From an uncultured Gemmatimonadales bacterium (GTDB lineage Bacteria; Gemmatimonadota; Gemmatimonadetes; Gemmatimonadales; GWC2-71-9), in contig CAWHFW010000005.1 of the NCBI GenBank assembly GCA_963828735.1, positions 1-64,000 on the forward strand: 64,000 nucleotides of DNA, in the 5' to 3' direction. This document shows positions 28,146 to 38,024 of the stretch, piece by piece. The notes beneath the pieces were generated by a model. That model was not told where the DNA came from. It searched no databases and saw only the letters and a program-made list of their open reading frames with translations. The translations under genes were made by a program, and so were the position numbers. The stretch's first letter is position 1. Every line of letters starts with the position of its first letter.

Positions 28146-30779
28146 ATGCCCAGCTCGGAATCGCGCAGGTTCTCACCCGCCCGGGTCTGGTGCGCCCTGG
28201 CCGCGGTGCTCGTTTTGGCCACCGCCCCGCTGTCCGCCCAGATCCCGAGCGGCGGTCAGCAGCTCCCGACACCGGACCAGGCCCAGGAGCTCCTGCGGAA
28301 CCAGCCCCAGATGATCGACCAGCTCCGCGTGCGGCTCCAGCAGTCCGGGCTCACCCCTGACCAAGTGCGCTCCCGGCTGAGGGCGGCCGGGTACCCCGAG
28401 AATATCCTGGATGACTACGTCCAGGGCGCAGACACGACCAAGCCCGCGCAGTTCGGACCGCGGACGCTCGACGCCGTGCGAGCGCTGGGAGTCCTGAGCC
28501 AGACGGAAGCGGACTCGCTTCGGCTGGTGGACTCGACCGGGGCGATGACCGATTCGCTCCGCTCGGTGCTCGATTCGCTCAAGCTGGTCCACGCGGACTC
28601 GCTTCGCGCCGACTCGCTGGCGGATTCCGTCTCGGTCCTGCGGGGCGGCAGGCTCAAGCTCTTTGGGGTCGAGACCTTCCGTCGCGCCACCACGCGCTTC
28701 CAACCGGCGATGGCCGGCCCGGTGGATGAGAACTATCGTCTCGGCCCCGGCGACATGCTGGTCCTCATCCTCACCGGCGATGTCGAGCGTTCCTATACCC
28801 TCGAGGTGACGCGGGAAGGATTCATCGTCATCCCGCAGGTCGGCCAGGTCTACGTGGCCAACCTGAGCTTGGGCCAGCTCCAGGAGCAGCTCTACGGCCG
28901 GCTGAGCAAGGTGTACTCGGGCGTTCGCCGCGGCGCCAACCCGACCACGCGGTTTCAGCTCTCGATCGCGCGGCTGCGCAACATCCAGGTATACGTCGCG
29001 GGAGACGTGGTGCGCCCCGGCGCCTACCAGATGTCGAGCGCCGGGACGGTGCTCACGGCGTTGTACGCCGCCGGCGGCCCGACGACGAACGGAAGCTTCC
29101 GGCACGTCGAGATCCGTCGCGGCCGCGCGCTGGTGGACAGCCTCGACCTCTACGACTACATGCTGCACGGCAGCAACCCCACCGACATCCGGCTCCAGAG
29201 CGGCGACGTGGTATTCGTGCCGGTGCACGGCGGCTTCGTCTCGGTGGCGGGCCGGGTCGAGCGGCCCGCCATGTACGAGCTCCGGCCCGGCGAGACGCTC
29301 CGTGACGCCATCGGGTTTGCCGGCGGATTCGATCCCTCGGCCGCGCGCACCCGGGTTACGATCCACCGAATCCTGCCGCCGGATACCCGTGGCCCCGGCG
29401 GGCGGGCGCGGGTCGTGATCGCCGTAGGGGAAGACCAGTTCAGCGGCGGCATGGCGCCGGCGGTGCCGATGGCGCCCGGGGATTCGGTCACCGTGCACGC
29501 CGTCGCCGACCGCCAGCGCGGCTTCGTGACCGTGGACGGCAACGTCTGGGTCGAGGGGCAGGTCGGCTTCACGCCGGGCATGAAGCTCAGCGACGCGATC
29601 CGGCTCGCCGGGGGCCCCAAACCGGACGTGTATCTGCCCCGGATTCTGGTGACCCGAATGCGCGAGGACTCGACCTACGTCCAGCTCCGTTCCGCGTTCG
29701 CCGACTCGACCGGCCGGGTGCGGGACGACCTCCCCCTTGAGGACCAGGACGAGGTCCGCATCTTCTCGCGAACGACGTTCCACCCCGATGTCTACGTGGC
29801 CGTCGTGGGCGCCGTTCGGCGTCCCGGCCGCGTGCCGTATCGCGAGGGCATGACGATGCGGGACGTCATCCTGCTCGCCGACGGCCTCACGCAGGACGCT
29901 CAGCTCCAGGCCGAGATCGCGCGCCTGCCCGAGAGCCGACCGCCCGGCGCGCTGGCCCAGACGGTGCCGGTGCCACTCGATTCGAGCTTCCTGGCCGCGC
30001 GGGCGGGCAGCCCGATCCAGGCCGGCGACACCGGGTCGGTCGCCGCGGAGACGCCGCTTCAGCCGTACGACAACGTGCTGGTACTCCGGCAGGGCGAGTT
30101 TTCGCTCCAGCGCTCCGTCGTCGTCAGCGGGCAGGTCAAATCGCCGGGACGCTACTCGCTTCGCTCCAAGACCGATCGGTTGTCCGACATCATCGAGCGC
30201 GCGGGCGGGTTGACGCCGGAGGCGTACGCGGGAGGGATCCAGTTCTACCGCTCGTACGACGGCAACCGGCCGACGGGCACGGATCGCCTTCCGTCTCTTT
30301 CACCCGACACGACCCCGCGCGACAGCATGCCGCGAGGCTACCCCGAGCGGGTCGGCATCGACCTGACTCAGGTGCTGAAGGACCCCAAGTACCGGGACAA
30401 CATCATCCTTTCGGCCGGCGACTCGATCTACATCCCGGAGTTCAATCCGATCGTGATGGTGAAGGGCGCCGTGAACTCACCCGGACCGGTGGCCTACTCG
30501 CCGGGCAAGAACCTCGACTGGTACGTGGATGCCGCCGGAGGATACAGCGCGACCAGCGACAAGCGACGTCCCTATGTGACCCAGGCGAACGGCGAGCGGG
30601 ACGGCGTCGTGCGGAAAGCAGTGCTCCGGGACAGGGTGCCGCACCCGGAACCGGGAGCGGTGGTGTTCGTCCCGACGCGCATCGTACAGGAGCAGGGTGC
30701 CAGCCTGGCCCAGATCCTTGGCGTTGGAGCCCAGCTGCTCACGGCGCTCGTCACGGTGATCGTGGTGGCGAAGCAGTAG
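28146..30779 (+). CDS. Large OPX polysaccharide export protein (Poly_export + multiple SLBB; Wza/KpsD-like)
   Basis: Signal peptide; YRLGPGD; repeated V.V.G.V.RPG.Y...AGG units; C-terminal amphipathic helix. Confidence 0.92.
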   Translation: MPSSESRRFSPARVWCALAAVLVLATAPLSAQIPSGGQQLPTPDQAQELLRNQPQMIDQLRVRLQQSGLTPDQVRSRLRAAGYPENILDDYVQGADTTKPAQFGPRTLDAVRALGVLSQTEADSLRLVDSTGAMTDSLRSVLDSLKLVHADSLRADSLADSVSVLRGGRLKLFGVETFRRATTRFQPAMAGPVDENYRLGPGDMLVLILTGDVERSYTLEVTREGFIVIPQVGQVYVANLSLGQLQEQLYGRLSKVYSGVRRGANPTTRFQLSIARLRNIQVYVAGDVVRPGAYQMSSAGTVLTALYAAGGPTTNGSFRHVEIRRGRALVDSLDLYDYMLHGSNPTDIRLQSGDVVFVPVHGGFVSVAGRVERPAMYELRPGETLRDAIGFAGGFDPSAARTRVTIHRILPPDTRGPGGRARVVIAVGEDQFSGGMAPAVPMAPGDSVTVHAVADRQRGFVTVDGNVWVEGQVGFTPGMKLSDAIRLAGGPKPDVYLPRILVTRMREDSTYVQLRSAFADSTGRVRDDLPLEDQDEVRIFSRTTFHPDVYVAVVGAVRRPGRVPYREGMTMRDVILLADGLTQDAQLQAEIARLPESRPPGALAQTVPVPLDSSFLAARAGSPIQAGDTGSVAAETPLQPYDNVLVLRQGEFSLQRSVVVSGQVKSPGRYSLRSKTDRLSDIIERAGGLTPEAYAGGIQFYRSYDGNRPTGTDRLPSLSPDTTPRDSMPRGYPERVGIDLTQVLKDPKYRDNIILSAGDSIYIPEFNPIVMVKGAVNSPGPVAYSPGKNLDWYVDAAGGYSATSDKRRPYVTQANGERDGVVRKAVLRDRVPHPEPGAVVFVPTRIVQEQGASLAQILGVGAQLLTALVTVIVVAKQ

Positions 30780-30793
30780 GTTTCGGCGTCGGC

Positions 30794-31687
30794 TCAGAGC
30801 CGGAGTAGCAGGAGATCGGTGAACTTCGCCTCCGTGTACCGGCGGAAGAGATTCGAGATGGCCGTGATGTCCTCGGGGGCGCTCCGTGCGTCCCGAAGAT
30901 CGTAGAAGTGGGTGAAGCCGGTGCTCACCAGCTCGACGAACTCCCGCTCCGAAATCCCCGATCGACCCAATCCGTACGGCCAGAATTCCGTCACGACCGA
31001 CGTCCCCGCGGCGAGCAGCGTCCGGCTTCCTCTCAGGACGTGGATCTCGTGCCCCTGAGTGTCCATCCAGAGCAGCCCGACGCCGGCCGGGTCGATGCGC
31101 TCTGCAGCCAGAATGTCGTCCAGCCGCTCCACGCGGACGGGAGTGATCTCGCGGCTCTCTTCGTGAAACCGGCTCGCGGTCGGGTGGCTTCCGGTGCGTA
31201 ACCGGTGGTCGCCATAATTCTCGGAGGAGTGCTCCAGGGCCATCTCGCCTTGGTCGGATGACAAGGCCACGTCGAAAGCCCGAATGGCGGACGACAGACC
31301 ATTCTGCTCGATGTTTCGCCGGAGGAAGGTGAAATTCACGGGGTCGGGCTCGAACGCCAGCGCCCGCTCGAACACGCCATCCCTCAGCAGCTTGATGCAC
31401 ACCGTCCCGATGTTCGCGCCGATATCGATCACACACGCCGCGTTCGCGCCGGTGAGCTTCCCATGGCGCTGCAACAGCCCCACGGCGGTCCGGATCACGT
31501 CCTGGCCGTACTGTCGCTGGACGTAGAGCGCCTTGCTGATGAACTGGTCCTTGGTACTGATGGTCATGAGACCATGCGCCGTCGGGACGGTCACCGATTC
31601 CCGTCGCGCCCGCACCAGGTCCCAGATGGCCGTCCGGTAGGAATGCAACAGTGCCTTGCCTATTCTGGGAACGATGCGTGAGACCAT
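30794..31687 (-). CDS. FkbM family methyltransferase
   Basis: IDIGANIG, AFEPDP, LWMDTQGHE, EFWP; start uncertain (31687 or 31726). Confidence 0.9.
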   Translation of the reverse strand: MVSRIVPRIGKALLHSYRTAIWDLVRARRESVTVPTAHGLMTISTKDQFISKALYVQRQYGQDVIRTAVGLLQRHGKLTGANAACVIDIGANIGTVCIKLLRDGVFERALAFEPDPVNFTFLRRNIEQNGLSSAIRAFDVALSSDQGEMALEHSSENYGDHRLRTGSHPTASRFHEESREITPVRVERLDDILAAERIDPAGVGLLWMDTQGHEIHVLRGSRTLLAAGTSVVTEFWPYGLGRSGISEREFVELVSTGFTHFYDLRDARSAPEDITAISNLFRRYTEAKFTDLLLLRL

Positions 31688-31916
31688 GTCTCGAGTCTTC
31701 CTTGGCGCGTTCCGCTCCGGATCCACCGCCGGACCGACAAGTGAAGCTCGGTGCGTTTGGAGGCCCGCAGCACGACTGCCCCACGAGGGTGGCGGCGAGG
31801 TCCGAAACTGTCAGGGAAAGTGAAGCAGCGCTAGAACGTGGAACCAGCGAAGGGCGGGCGATGGCGACCCGCGCACGACGCACGCAAAGCCTCGGGACGA
31901 CTCCGCGTCACCGGCG

Positions 31917-33809
31917 TCAGTTCGGCAGGACCCCGATTTCCGCCTCGGCGGTGGCTCCCGCCGACATCTTGAAATCCGGGACCAGCCGGACCAGCAGCTC
32001 GCGGATCTCGTCGTCCGTCCGTCCGTTGCGGGCCCCATCCACCAGCACGTCCACCACCTCGCTCAGGCCGATCGGCAGCGCGCCGTTCCTGGCGCACAGC
32101 ACCTTGGGGTGATCGGTCGACACGGCGCTCTCGGAATCGAAGAACAGCTCCTCGTACAGCTTCTCGCCAGGTCGCGTGCCGCTGAAGCGGATCTCGATGT
32201 CCTCCCCGACCTCGAGCCCGGAGAGCCGAATGAGATCCGTGGCGAGGTCGAGCACCTTGATCGGCTCACCCATGTCGAGCACGAAGACCTCTCCGCCCCG
32301 CCCGATCGCGCCGGCCTGCAGAACGAGCTGGACCGCTTCGGGGATGGTCATGAAGTAGCGACGCATCTCCGGATGGGTCACGGTGACGGGACCGCCCATC
32401 TGGATCTGGCGGAGGAAGGTGGGCACCACGCTGCCGCGGCTCCCGAGCACGTTGCCGAACCGGACGGCGACGAACTTCCGCTCGTGCGCCTCGGCGATCT
32501 CCTGCACGATCTGCTCGGCGACGCGCTTGGTCGCGCCCATGATGTTCGTGGGCCGTACGGCCTTGTCGGTGGAGATCAGCACCAGGTGCTCGACTCCGAA
32601 CTCCGCCGAGAGCTCCGCCACGTTCTTGGTGCCGAGCACGTTGTTGGTGACCGCCTCGGCGATGTTGAATTCCATGAGCGGCACGTGCTTGTGCGCCGCG
32701 GCGTGGAAGACCGAATACGGCTTGTATTGCTCGAACACCTGGCGCAGCCGCTCCCGGTCGCGCACGTCGGCGATGATCGGAATCGCGGTGACGTTGGGAA
32801 ACCGCTCGGTCAGCTCGGCCAGGATGTCGAAGATGGAATTCTCGCCATGGCCCAGGATGAGCACCTGCGCGGGCTCCAGTCGGGCCAGCTGCCGGCACAG
32901 CTCGCTGCCGATCGAGCCGCCGGCGCCGGTGACGAGCACCGTCTCGCCGGTGGCGAGCACGCGCACCTGCTCGAGGTCCGTCTGGATCGGGTCACGGCGG
33001 AGCAGGTCTTGGATTTCGACCTGACGCAGGGAGGCCACGGCGACGCGCCCGGAGAGAATGTCGAACATGCCGGGCACGGTTCGGGTCTTGACCCCGGCCT
33101 CGAGCGAGGCGCGCACCACCTCGCGGACCACGGAGCCCGAGGCCCGCGGCATCGCGATGATGATCTCCTCGACCTCCAGCCGACGGGCCAGCTCCGGAAT
33201 CCGGCCCAGCGGACCGAGGACCGGGAGGTCGCACAGGCGATGGCCGTGCTTGGTCCGATCGTCGTCGATGAAGGCGACCGGGTTGAGGCCGAGCTGCGGG
33301 TGGCCCAGCAGCTCCTTCACGATCATCTCGCCGGCCGCCCCCGCGCCGACGATGAGCACCCGCCGCGCGTCCTCCAGGCGACGCCGCTGGACCCGCCGAT
33401 TGAGCAGGCGTACGAGAAGCCGGGGCAACGAAACGAGCGCGGCGGTCAGGCAGGCGTCAATGAACAGGACCGAGAGGGGCACCCGAACCGGCGTGATCCC
33501 GAGGACGGGGAGCACCACCGCGCCCAGGATCGCCGTGGCGATGGCCGAGATGGTCGTCGCGAGAAGGATGCGCTCGAGTTCCGCCACCCCGGCGTGACGC
33601 CAGAGCCGGCGGTAGAGACCCACCCCTTGGAGGATCGCGAGCTTGATCGGGACGCTGAAGACGACGAAGAGCAGTGCGGTCCGGGAGTCCTGAGGGCCCC
33701 ACTCGAAGCCTTCGAAGCGGACGAAGTAGGACCATAATGGCGCGGCGGACAGGGTCACCGCGTCCATTAGAAACAGGTAGCGGTTGCGGATATGGCTCAG
33801 TTTTACCAT
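31917..33809 (-). CDS. Membrane-bound UDP-GlcNAc 4,6-dehydratase (PglF/CapD/WlbL type)
   Basis: 4 TM, IVGAGAAG, VTGAGGSIGSELCRQ, HAAAHKHVP, ISTDKAV, MGATK, RFGNVLGSRGSV, RPGEKLYEEL. Confidence 0.95.
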   Translation of the reverse strand: MVKLSHIRNRYLFLMDAVTLSAAPLWSYFVRFEGFEWGPQDSRTALLFVVFSVPIKLAILQGVGLYRRLWRHAGVAELERILLATTISAIATAILGAVVLPVLGITPVRVPLSVLFIDACLTAALVSLPRLLVRLLNRRVQRRRLEDARRVLIVGAGAAGEMIVKELLGHPQLGLNPVAFIDDDRTKHGHRLCDLPVLGPLGRIPELARRLEVEEIIIAMPRASGSVVREVVRASLEAGVKTRTVPGMFDILSGRVAVASLRQVEIQDLLRRDPIQTDLEQVRVLATGETVLVTGAGGSIGSELCRQLARLEPAQVLILGHGENSIFDILAELTERFPNVTAIPIIADVRDRERLRQVFEQYKPYSVFHAAAHKHVPLMEFNIAEAVTNNVLGTKNVAELSAEFGVEHLVLISTDKAVRPTNIMGATKRVAEQIVQEIAEAHERKFVAVRFGNVLGSRGSVVPTFLRQIQMGGPVTVTHPEMRRYFMTIPEAVQLVLQAGAIGRGGEVFVLDMGEPIKVLDLATDLIRLSGLEVGEDIEIRFSGTRPGEKLYEELFFDSESAVSTDHPKVLCARNGALPIGLSEVVDVLVDGARNGRTDDEIRELLVRLVPDFKMSAGATAEAEIGVLPN

Positions 33810-33984
33810 GGCGTGGCGGCGTTCATGCCGTGCTCCCGCCGGGATACGGTCCAAAGATGAAACAGCGTTTCAAGTCATTCCGAAACAACGATTTGCGTTG
33901 TCTGGAGACCGGGCCGTTGCGATATCTTGGGGCCAGCCAACTGCGCCAAGTGTCGTAGAATCTAACGGTGCCTGGCCCCGATGC

Positions 33985-35706
33985 CTAACGATTTGCACCG
34001 TCTAGCTGCTCGGCGGGATATACAAATGGTGTGCCTTGCAGAATTCCGGCGCAGACCACGTCGAGCCCGGGGCTCCGTCCGGGGAGCAAATCGTCCACGG
34101 TCCGCACCGCCAGCCGGAACTGCGGCTGCCCTCCCGTCGGCTCGACCTGGTCGATCGGAATCATCCTCCGGAAGAAGAAGTGGTAGGCATACTTACGCGC
34201 TCGCCGGGTCGTGGCATCGGGCATCCGCGAGCGGAACGGCAGCCGGGAGAGGATCTCGAAGTAATCGGCTGCGGAGCTGGCGTCCGTGGTGAGGCCCTTG
34301 TTCCGGATCCAGGCTTCGCCGGCGACGATGACCGGTATCCCGAGGCTGGTCAGCTCCACCCCGGTCTTGGTCCCGTAGATGATCACGGCGTCGCACGCCT
34401 CGGCGGCGGCATAGGTGCTCATCGGGCTCTCGGGAGGCACCACGAACACGTTCGGTGCCAGTACAGGGAACGTCCGGCGCAGCTCGTCCGTGACCAGCTG
34501 TCGGGATGGGATGTCGCCGGAAAGCTCCGCGGGGTGGACCCGGATGAGGAGCTGGAGATCCGGACGGCGCGCGAACCAGCGGACGGTGCTCGTGATCCAC
34601 TCGATCATGTCGGGGAACGCGTTGGCCGGGTAGTGTAGCTGCGCGTCCCAGGCCACGTTGGTGAGGAGACCGATGATGGGTCGGCCGAGATCGATCGCGC
34701 GGAGCTCCGGGGTGGACCGCCGAAGATCTTCCACCGGCTTCGTGTTGTGGAAGACGATCCAGTCCCGGCCCCCACGTCGCCGGCTGCTCAGGTAGTCGAC
34801 GATCTCGGCCTCCCGCGCAGGCGTCCAATCGACGTCCTCCCATTCGCTCACCGGCTCGGACAGCAGCGTGTGGTGGTACGTCTCGCCGTGGCTGAAGACG
34901 AACGATCGCTTGCGGTAGGCCACGTTCCAGGCCACCACGCGCCGTCCTTCGCGTCGGGCCACCTCGGCGACGATGCCATGCGGCACATAGATCCCGTGGT
35001 TCACCACCACGACCTCGATCCCCTCCTGGCGCAGGAGTCGGCGGGTGGCCCGCGCGGTGAGCAGGGCGCCCTCGACGAATCGGCGGAGCACGGCTTCCCC
35101 GTGCGGCTCCCCATCCAGCGTGGATCGGGCGTAGTACCGGAGTGCGCCGGCGCGCGCATGCTCCCCGATCGGCAGATCGTCGACCTCGAGGGTGGCCAGA
35201 CGGTCGGCCGGGGTCCCGGCCGCGAGCGCGGCGGCGGACTGCCGCTCCTCGCTGGTCAGGAGCTCGCTATAGCGATGAATCGGAAGGCCGAGCGGACGGT
35301 AGAGCTCGGCGGCGCGGGGGTAGCACTCCGCACACATGTACCGTTGAGGGCCGCCGGCCGTGAAGGAGGACGGACGCTGGAGGCCGATCTCCACCATCTG
35401 GCACGCCGGAAGAACCCCGTCGCACAGGAGAAAGCTCGCTCTCGCGCCCCGCATCGTGAGTGAGGCGGCCAGGAGCGTGTCCATGAGCGGCGCCGACGGG
35501 TGCGCGCCCGTGCTCGTGGCCAGCAGCACCCGTGTGCCGCCGGTCGTGGTGGCCAGGGCTTCGGCCCAGCGGGTGCCGGAGTCGGCCACGACGCGGCCCC
35601 AATCCGGCTCGTACGCCTTCGACTGGCGCCGGCGGATATCGTGATAGACGCGGTTCGCGACCGGCGACCGCCGGGTCACGGCCTTGAGGATGTCTTTCAG
35701 GGTCAT
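33985..35706 (-). CDS. Capsule-synthesis (KpsS/KpsC-like) protein; candidate CMP-ulosonate glycosyltransferase
   Basis: NVAWDA, IRVHP, TKTGVE..G.PVIVAGEAW; N-terminal CDGVLPAC...CAEC. Confidence 0.7.
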   Translation of the reverse strand: MTLKDILKAVTRRSPVANRVYHDIRRRQSKAYEPDWGRVVADSGTRWAEALATTTGGTRVLLATSTGAHPSAPLMDTLLAASLTMRGARASFLLCDGVLPACQMVEIGLQRPSSFTAGGPQRYMCAECYPRAAELYRPLGLPIHRYSELLTSEERQSAAALAAGTPADRLATLEVDDLPIGEHARAGALRYYARSTLDGEPHGEAVLRRFVEGALLTARATRRLLRQEGIEVVVVNHGIYVPHGIVAEVARREGRRVVAWNVAYRKRSFVFSHGETYHHTLLSEPVSEWEDVDWTPAREAEIVDYLSSRRRGGRDWIVFHNTKPVEDLRRSTPELRAIDLGRPIIGLLTNVAWDAQLHYPANAFPDMIEWITSTVRWFARRPDLQLLIRVHPAELSGDIPSRQLVTDELRRTFPVLAPNVFVVPPESPMSTYAAAEACDAVIIYGTKTGVELTSLGIPVIVAGEAWIRNKGLTTDASSAADYFEILSRLPFRSRMPDATTRRARKYAYHFFFRRMIPIDQVEPTGGQPQFRLAVRTVDDLLPGRSPGLDVVCAGILQGTPFVYPAEQLDGANR

Positions 35707-35716
35707 CGCGCGGAAT

Positions 35717-36577
35717 CTAGTCCGAGAAGCACCGGCGGTGGCCCGGACGCACCCGGGCGAGCCAGTAGCGCGGCGGCTCGTAGTGGTTTTCCGAGGTGTA
35801 CGGTGCCAGGAAGTGGTGGCCGAGCAGGTCCTCGCGCACGAAGAACGCGTTCATCCCGGCCAGCCCGCAGCCCACGAGCGCATAGCCCATGCGGCGGCCC
35901 AGCAGCTCGTAGCTCTTGAGGCTCGCACCGAAGTAGTTCGTGCCGTTCCAGAGCTTGGCGGCGTCGTACGCCACCACCCATTCGTCCGACGGCGGCATGG
36001 TAGCGTTGTACTCGACGACCACGGCGCGAGGCCGCCAGGCGGCGAGGGCTTCCCAGATGTACCACGTGTTCCGGTCCACGTCGACACTCAGGAAATCGAA
36101 CTCGGCCGGGATGCCGAGGCTCGTTAGCGAGGCCGCGACGCTCTCCGCGGTCACGATCGTTTCCTGGATCGCGAGGCCGCCCGTCTCGATGGGCCGGGCG
36201 AAGTGCCGGCGCGCTTCCGCGACTGCCGCGCGATCGCCCTCGAGCCAGGCACCTCGCCAGCCTCGAGCAAGCAGGTACGTCGTATTGTTCTCCAGGCCGT
36301 CGCCGACGCCGATTTCGACGAACCGCCGATCCGTCGTGCCGATCCGGCGGAAGATCTCGGCGATGATGCCGTCCTCGCCGCTCTGCGAAAAGACCTGGGC
36401 CTCGAAGCGGTTGAGGCGCCGGGCGTCCTGATATCGCGCGTCGGCGAGGAGGTCGCGCGTGGCCGCATCCGCGGCGAGCGTCAGCAGCTCGCGCTGCCAG
36501 CGCGCCGCGGCGGCGGCCGTCGCGTTGGTGGCCAGAATGCTTCGAATCAGGGGCAACCGTCCGAGCAGGGATCTCAT
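35717..36577 (-). CDS. FkbM-related methyltransferase
   Basis: FSQSGEDGII, FVEIGVGDG.ENNT, LSVDVD, VVVEYN, GASL, NAFFVR. Confidence 0.85.
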   Translation of the reverse strand: MRSLLGRLPLIRSILATNATAAAAARWQRELLTLAADAATRDLLADARYQDARRLNRFEAQVFSQSGEDGIIAEIFRRIGTTDRRFVEIGVGDGLENNTTYLLARGWRGAWLEGDRAAVAEARRHFARPIETGGLAIQETIVTAESVAASLTSLGIPAEFDFLSVDVDRNTWYIWEALAAWRPRAVVVEYNATMPPSDEWVVAYDAAKLWNGTNYFGASLKSYELLGRRMGYALVGCGLAGMNAFFVREDLLGHHFLAPYTSENHYEPPRYWLARVRPGHRRCFSD

Positions 36578-36596
36578 GCGGCCTCGCCTCGGAAGA

Positions 36597-38024
36597 TCAT
36601 GGCGGCGCGCCTGATGGTCTGAGCGTGCGCAGGCGCGCGGCGACCACGCGGAGGAGCGACTGGTCGAGCCACGCCAGCGCCGTGCCGTACACGGCGACCG
36701 GAAGCAGCACGAGGACCGACGCCCGGAGCCACGAAGGCTGGCCCTGCAACCGGCCGACGGCGTATCCGGTCGCGAGCATGACGAGCGCGGCCAGGAACGC
36801 CATTCCACACGTGCGCCAGAGCTCGGCCGCCCCGAATCCGATCAGCGCCGAGGTCATGCGCATGATCACGAGCGCCCCGAGCGCGTAGGCGATCGTGATA
36901 CCCCATACGGCCCCGCCGACCCCACCGCGCTGAACCCCCGCCCACAGGAGCACGGCCACGGTCGCCGTGATCCCCACCGACCACCAGAGCAGCCAGCGCG
37001 GGCGGTCGAGCGACTTGAGAAGCTGCCCCACCGGCGACATGTACGCCTGGAACACCGCCAGCAAGCCCATGACCTGAATGAGCGGAACCGCCGCGACCCA
37101 GCGCTCGCCCCAGATGAGCGGCACGATCGACGGCGCCGCGAGCGCGCAGAGGACCGCGGCTGGCAGCGCGATCACGGCCAGCCAGCGCATGGCATCGCCA
37201 TAGGCGCGGCGCATCGCGTCCCGATCCTCCTGCAGGCGCGACAGGAACGGGAACAGGTAGGTCCCGACCGCGCCGACCAGCGTCGAGATCGGCTGCACCA
37301 CCAGCCGGTAGGCGAAAACGTACAACCCCACGGCCGTCGATCCCAGGAAATGCCCCAGGAGGATCCGGTCGAGGTTCTGCACGAACGATTTGAAGACGTT
37401 GAACAGGAAGAGCTGGCTGCTGTACGGCCACATCTCCCGGAGGAGGGCGCCCGAATACTGGCTGATGCGCGGACGCCATGCCGACAGCGGCCAGATGAGC
37501 ACGGCCGAGGCGAAGCTGGACACGAGCGACTGGGCCACCAGACTCCAGACCCCGAAGCCCATCGCGGCGAGGGTGATGCCCACTCCGCCGCCGATCAGGG
37601 ACGCACTGATGTCCCGCAGGGCCAGCTCGCGAAACCGGAGCTCTCGCTGGGCCATCGCGGTCTGGGCGGCGGAGAGGGAGCCCACCACGAAGTTGAGCGA
37701 CAACGCCATCGCCACCGGCTGCAGGGCCGGCTCGTGGAAGAACCACGCGCTGGGCCACGAGAGTCCGATGCCGACCGCGGTCAGCAGCACACCCACTGCC
37801 AGGTTGAGCGCGAAGACCGTGCTGAAGTGGGCCGGACCGACGTCGCGCCGCTGCACCAGCGCGGCACCGAGGCCGAGGTCGCTGAACGACTGCACGACCG
37901 ACAGCCACGCCATCGCCATGCCGACGAGCCCGAAGTCGCGTGGCGCGAGCAGCAGGCCGAGCACCGCGAAGACCAGCAAGGACGTGAGCTGGCGGCCGCC
38001 GACCTGCAGGATGGCCCAGATCAC
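36597..38024 (-). CDS. wzx: Wzx flippase (PST family); possible indel in the last codons
   Basis: LLAPRDFGLVGMA, DLGLGAALVQ, RELRF, GFGVWSLV, NLDRILLG, VGLY; 12+ TM; GTGA overlap. Confidence 0.92.
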   Translation of the reverse strand: MIWAILQVGGRQLTSLLVFAVLGLLLAPRDFGLVGMAMAWLSVVQSFSDLGLGAALVQRRDVGPAHFSTVFALNLAVGVLLTAVGIGLSWPSAWFFHEPALQPVAMALSLNFVVGSLSAAQTAMAQRELRFRELALRDISASLIGGGVGITLAAMGFGVWSLVAQSLVSSFASAVLIWPLSAWRPRISQYSGALLREMWPYSSQLFLFNVFKSFVQNLDRILLGHFLGSTAVGLYVFAYRLVVQPISTLVGAVGTYLFPFLSRLQEDRDAMRRAYGDAMRWLAVIALPAAVLCALAAPSIVPLIWGERWVAAVPLIQVMGLLAVFQAYMSPVGQLLKSLDRPRWLLWWSVGITATVAVLLWAGVQRGGVGGAVWGITIAYALGALVIMRMTSALIGFGAAELWRTCGMAFLAALVMLATGYAVGRLQGQPSWLRASVLVLLPVAVYGTALAWLDQSLLRVVAARLRTLRPSGAPP

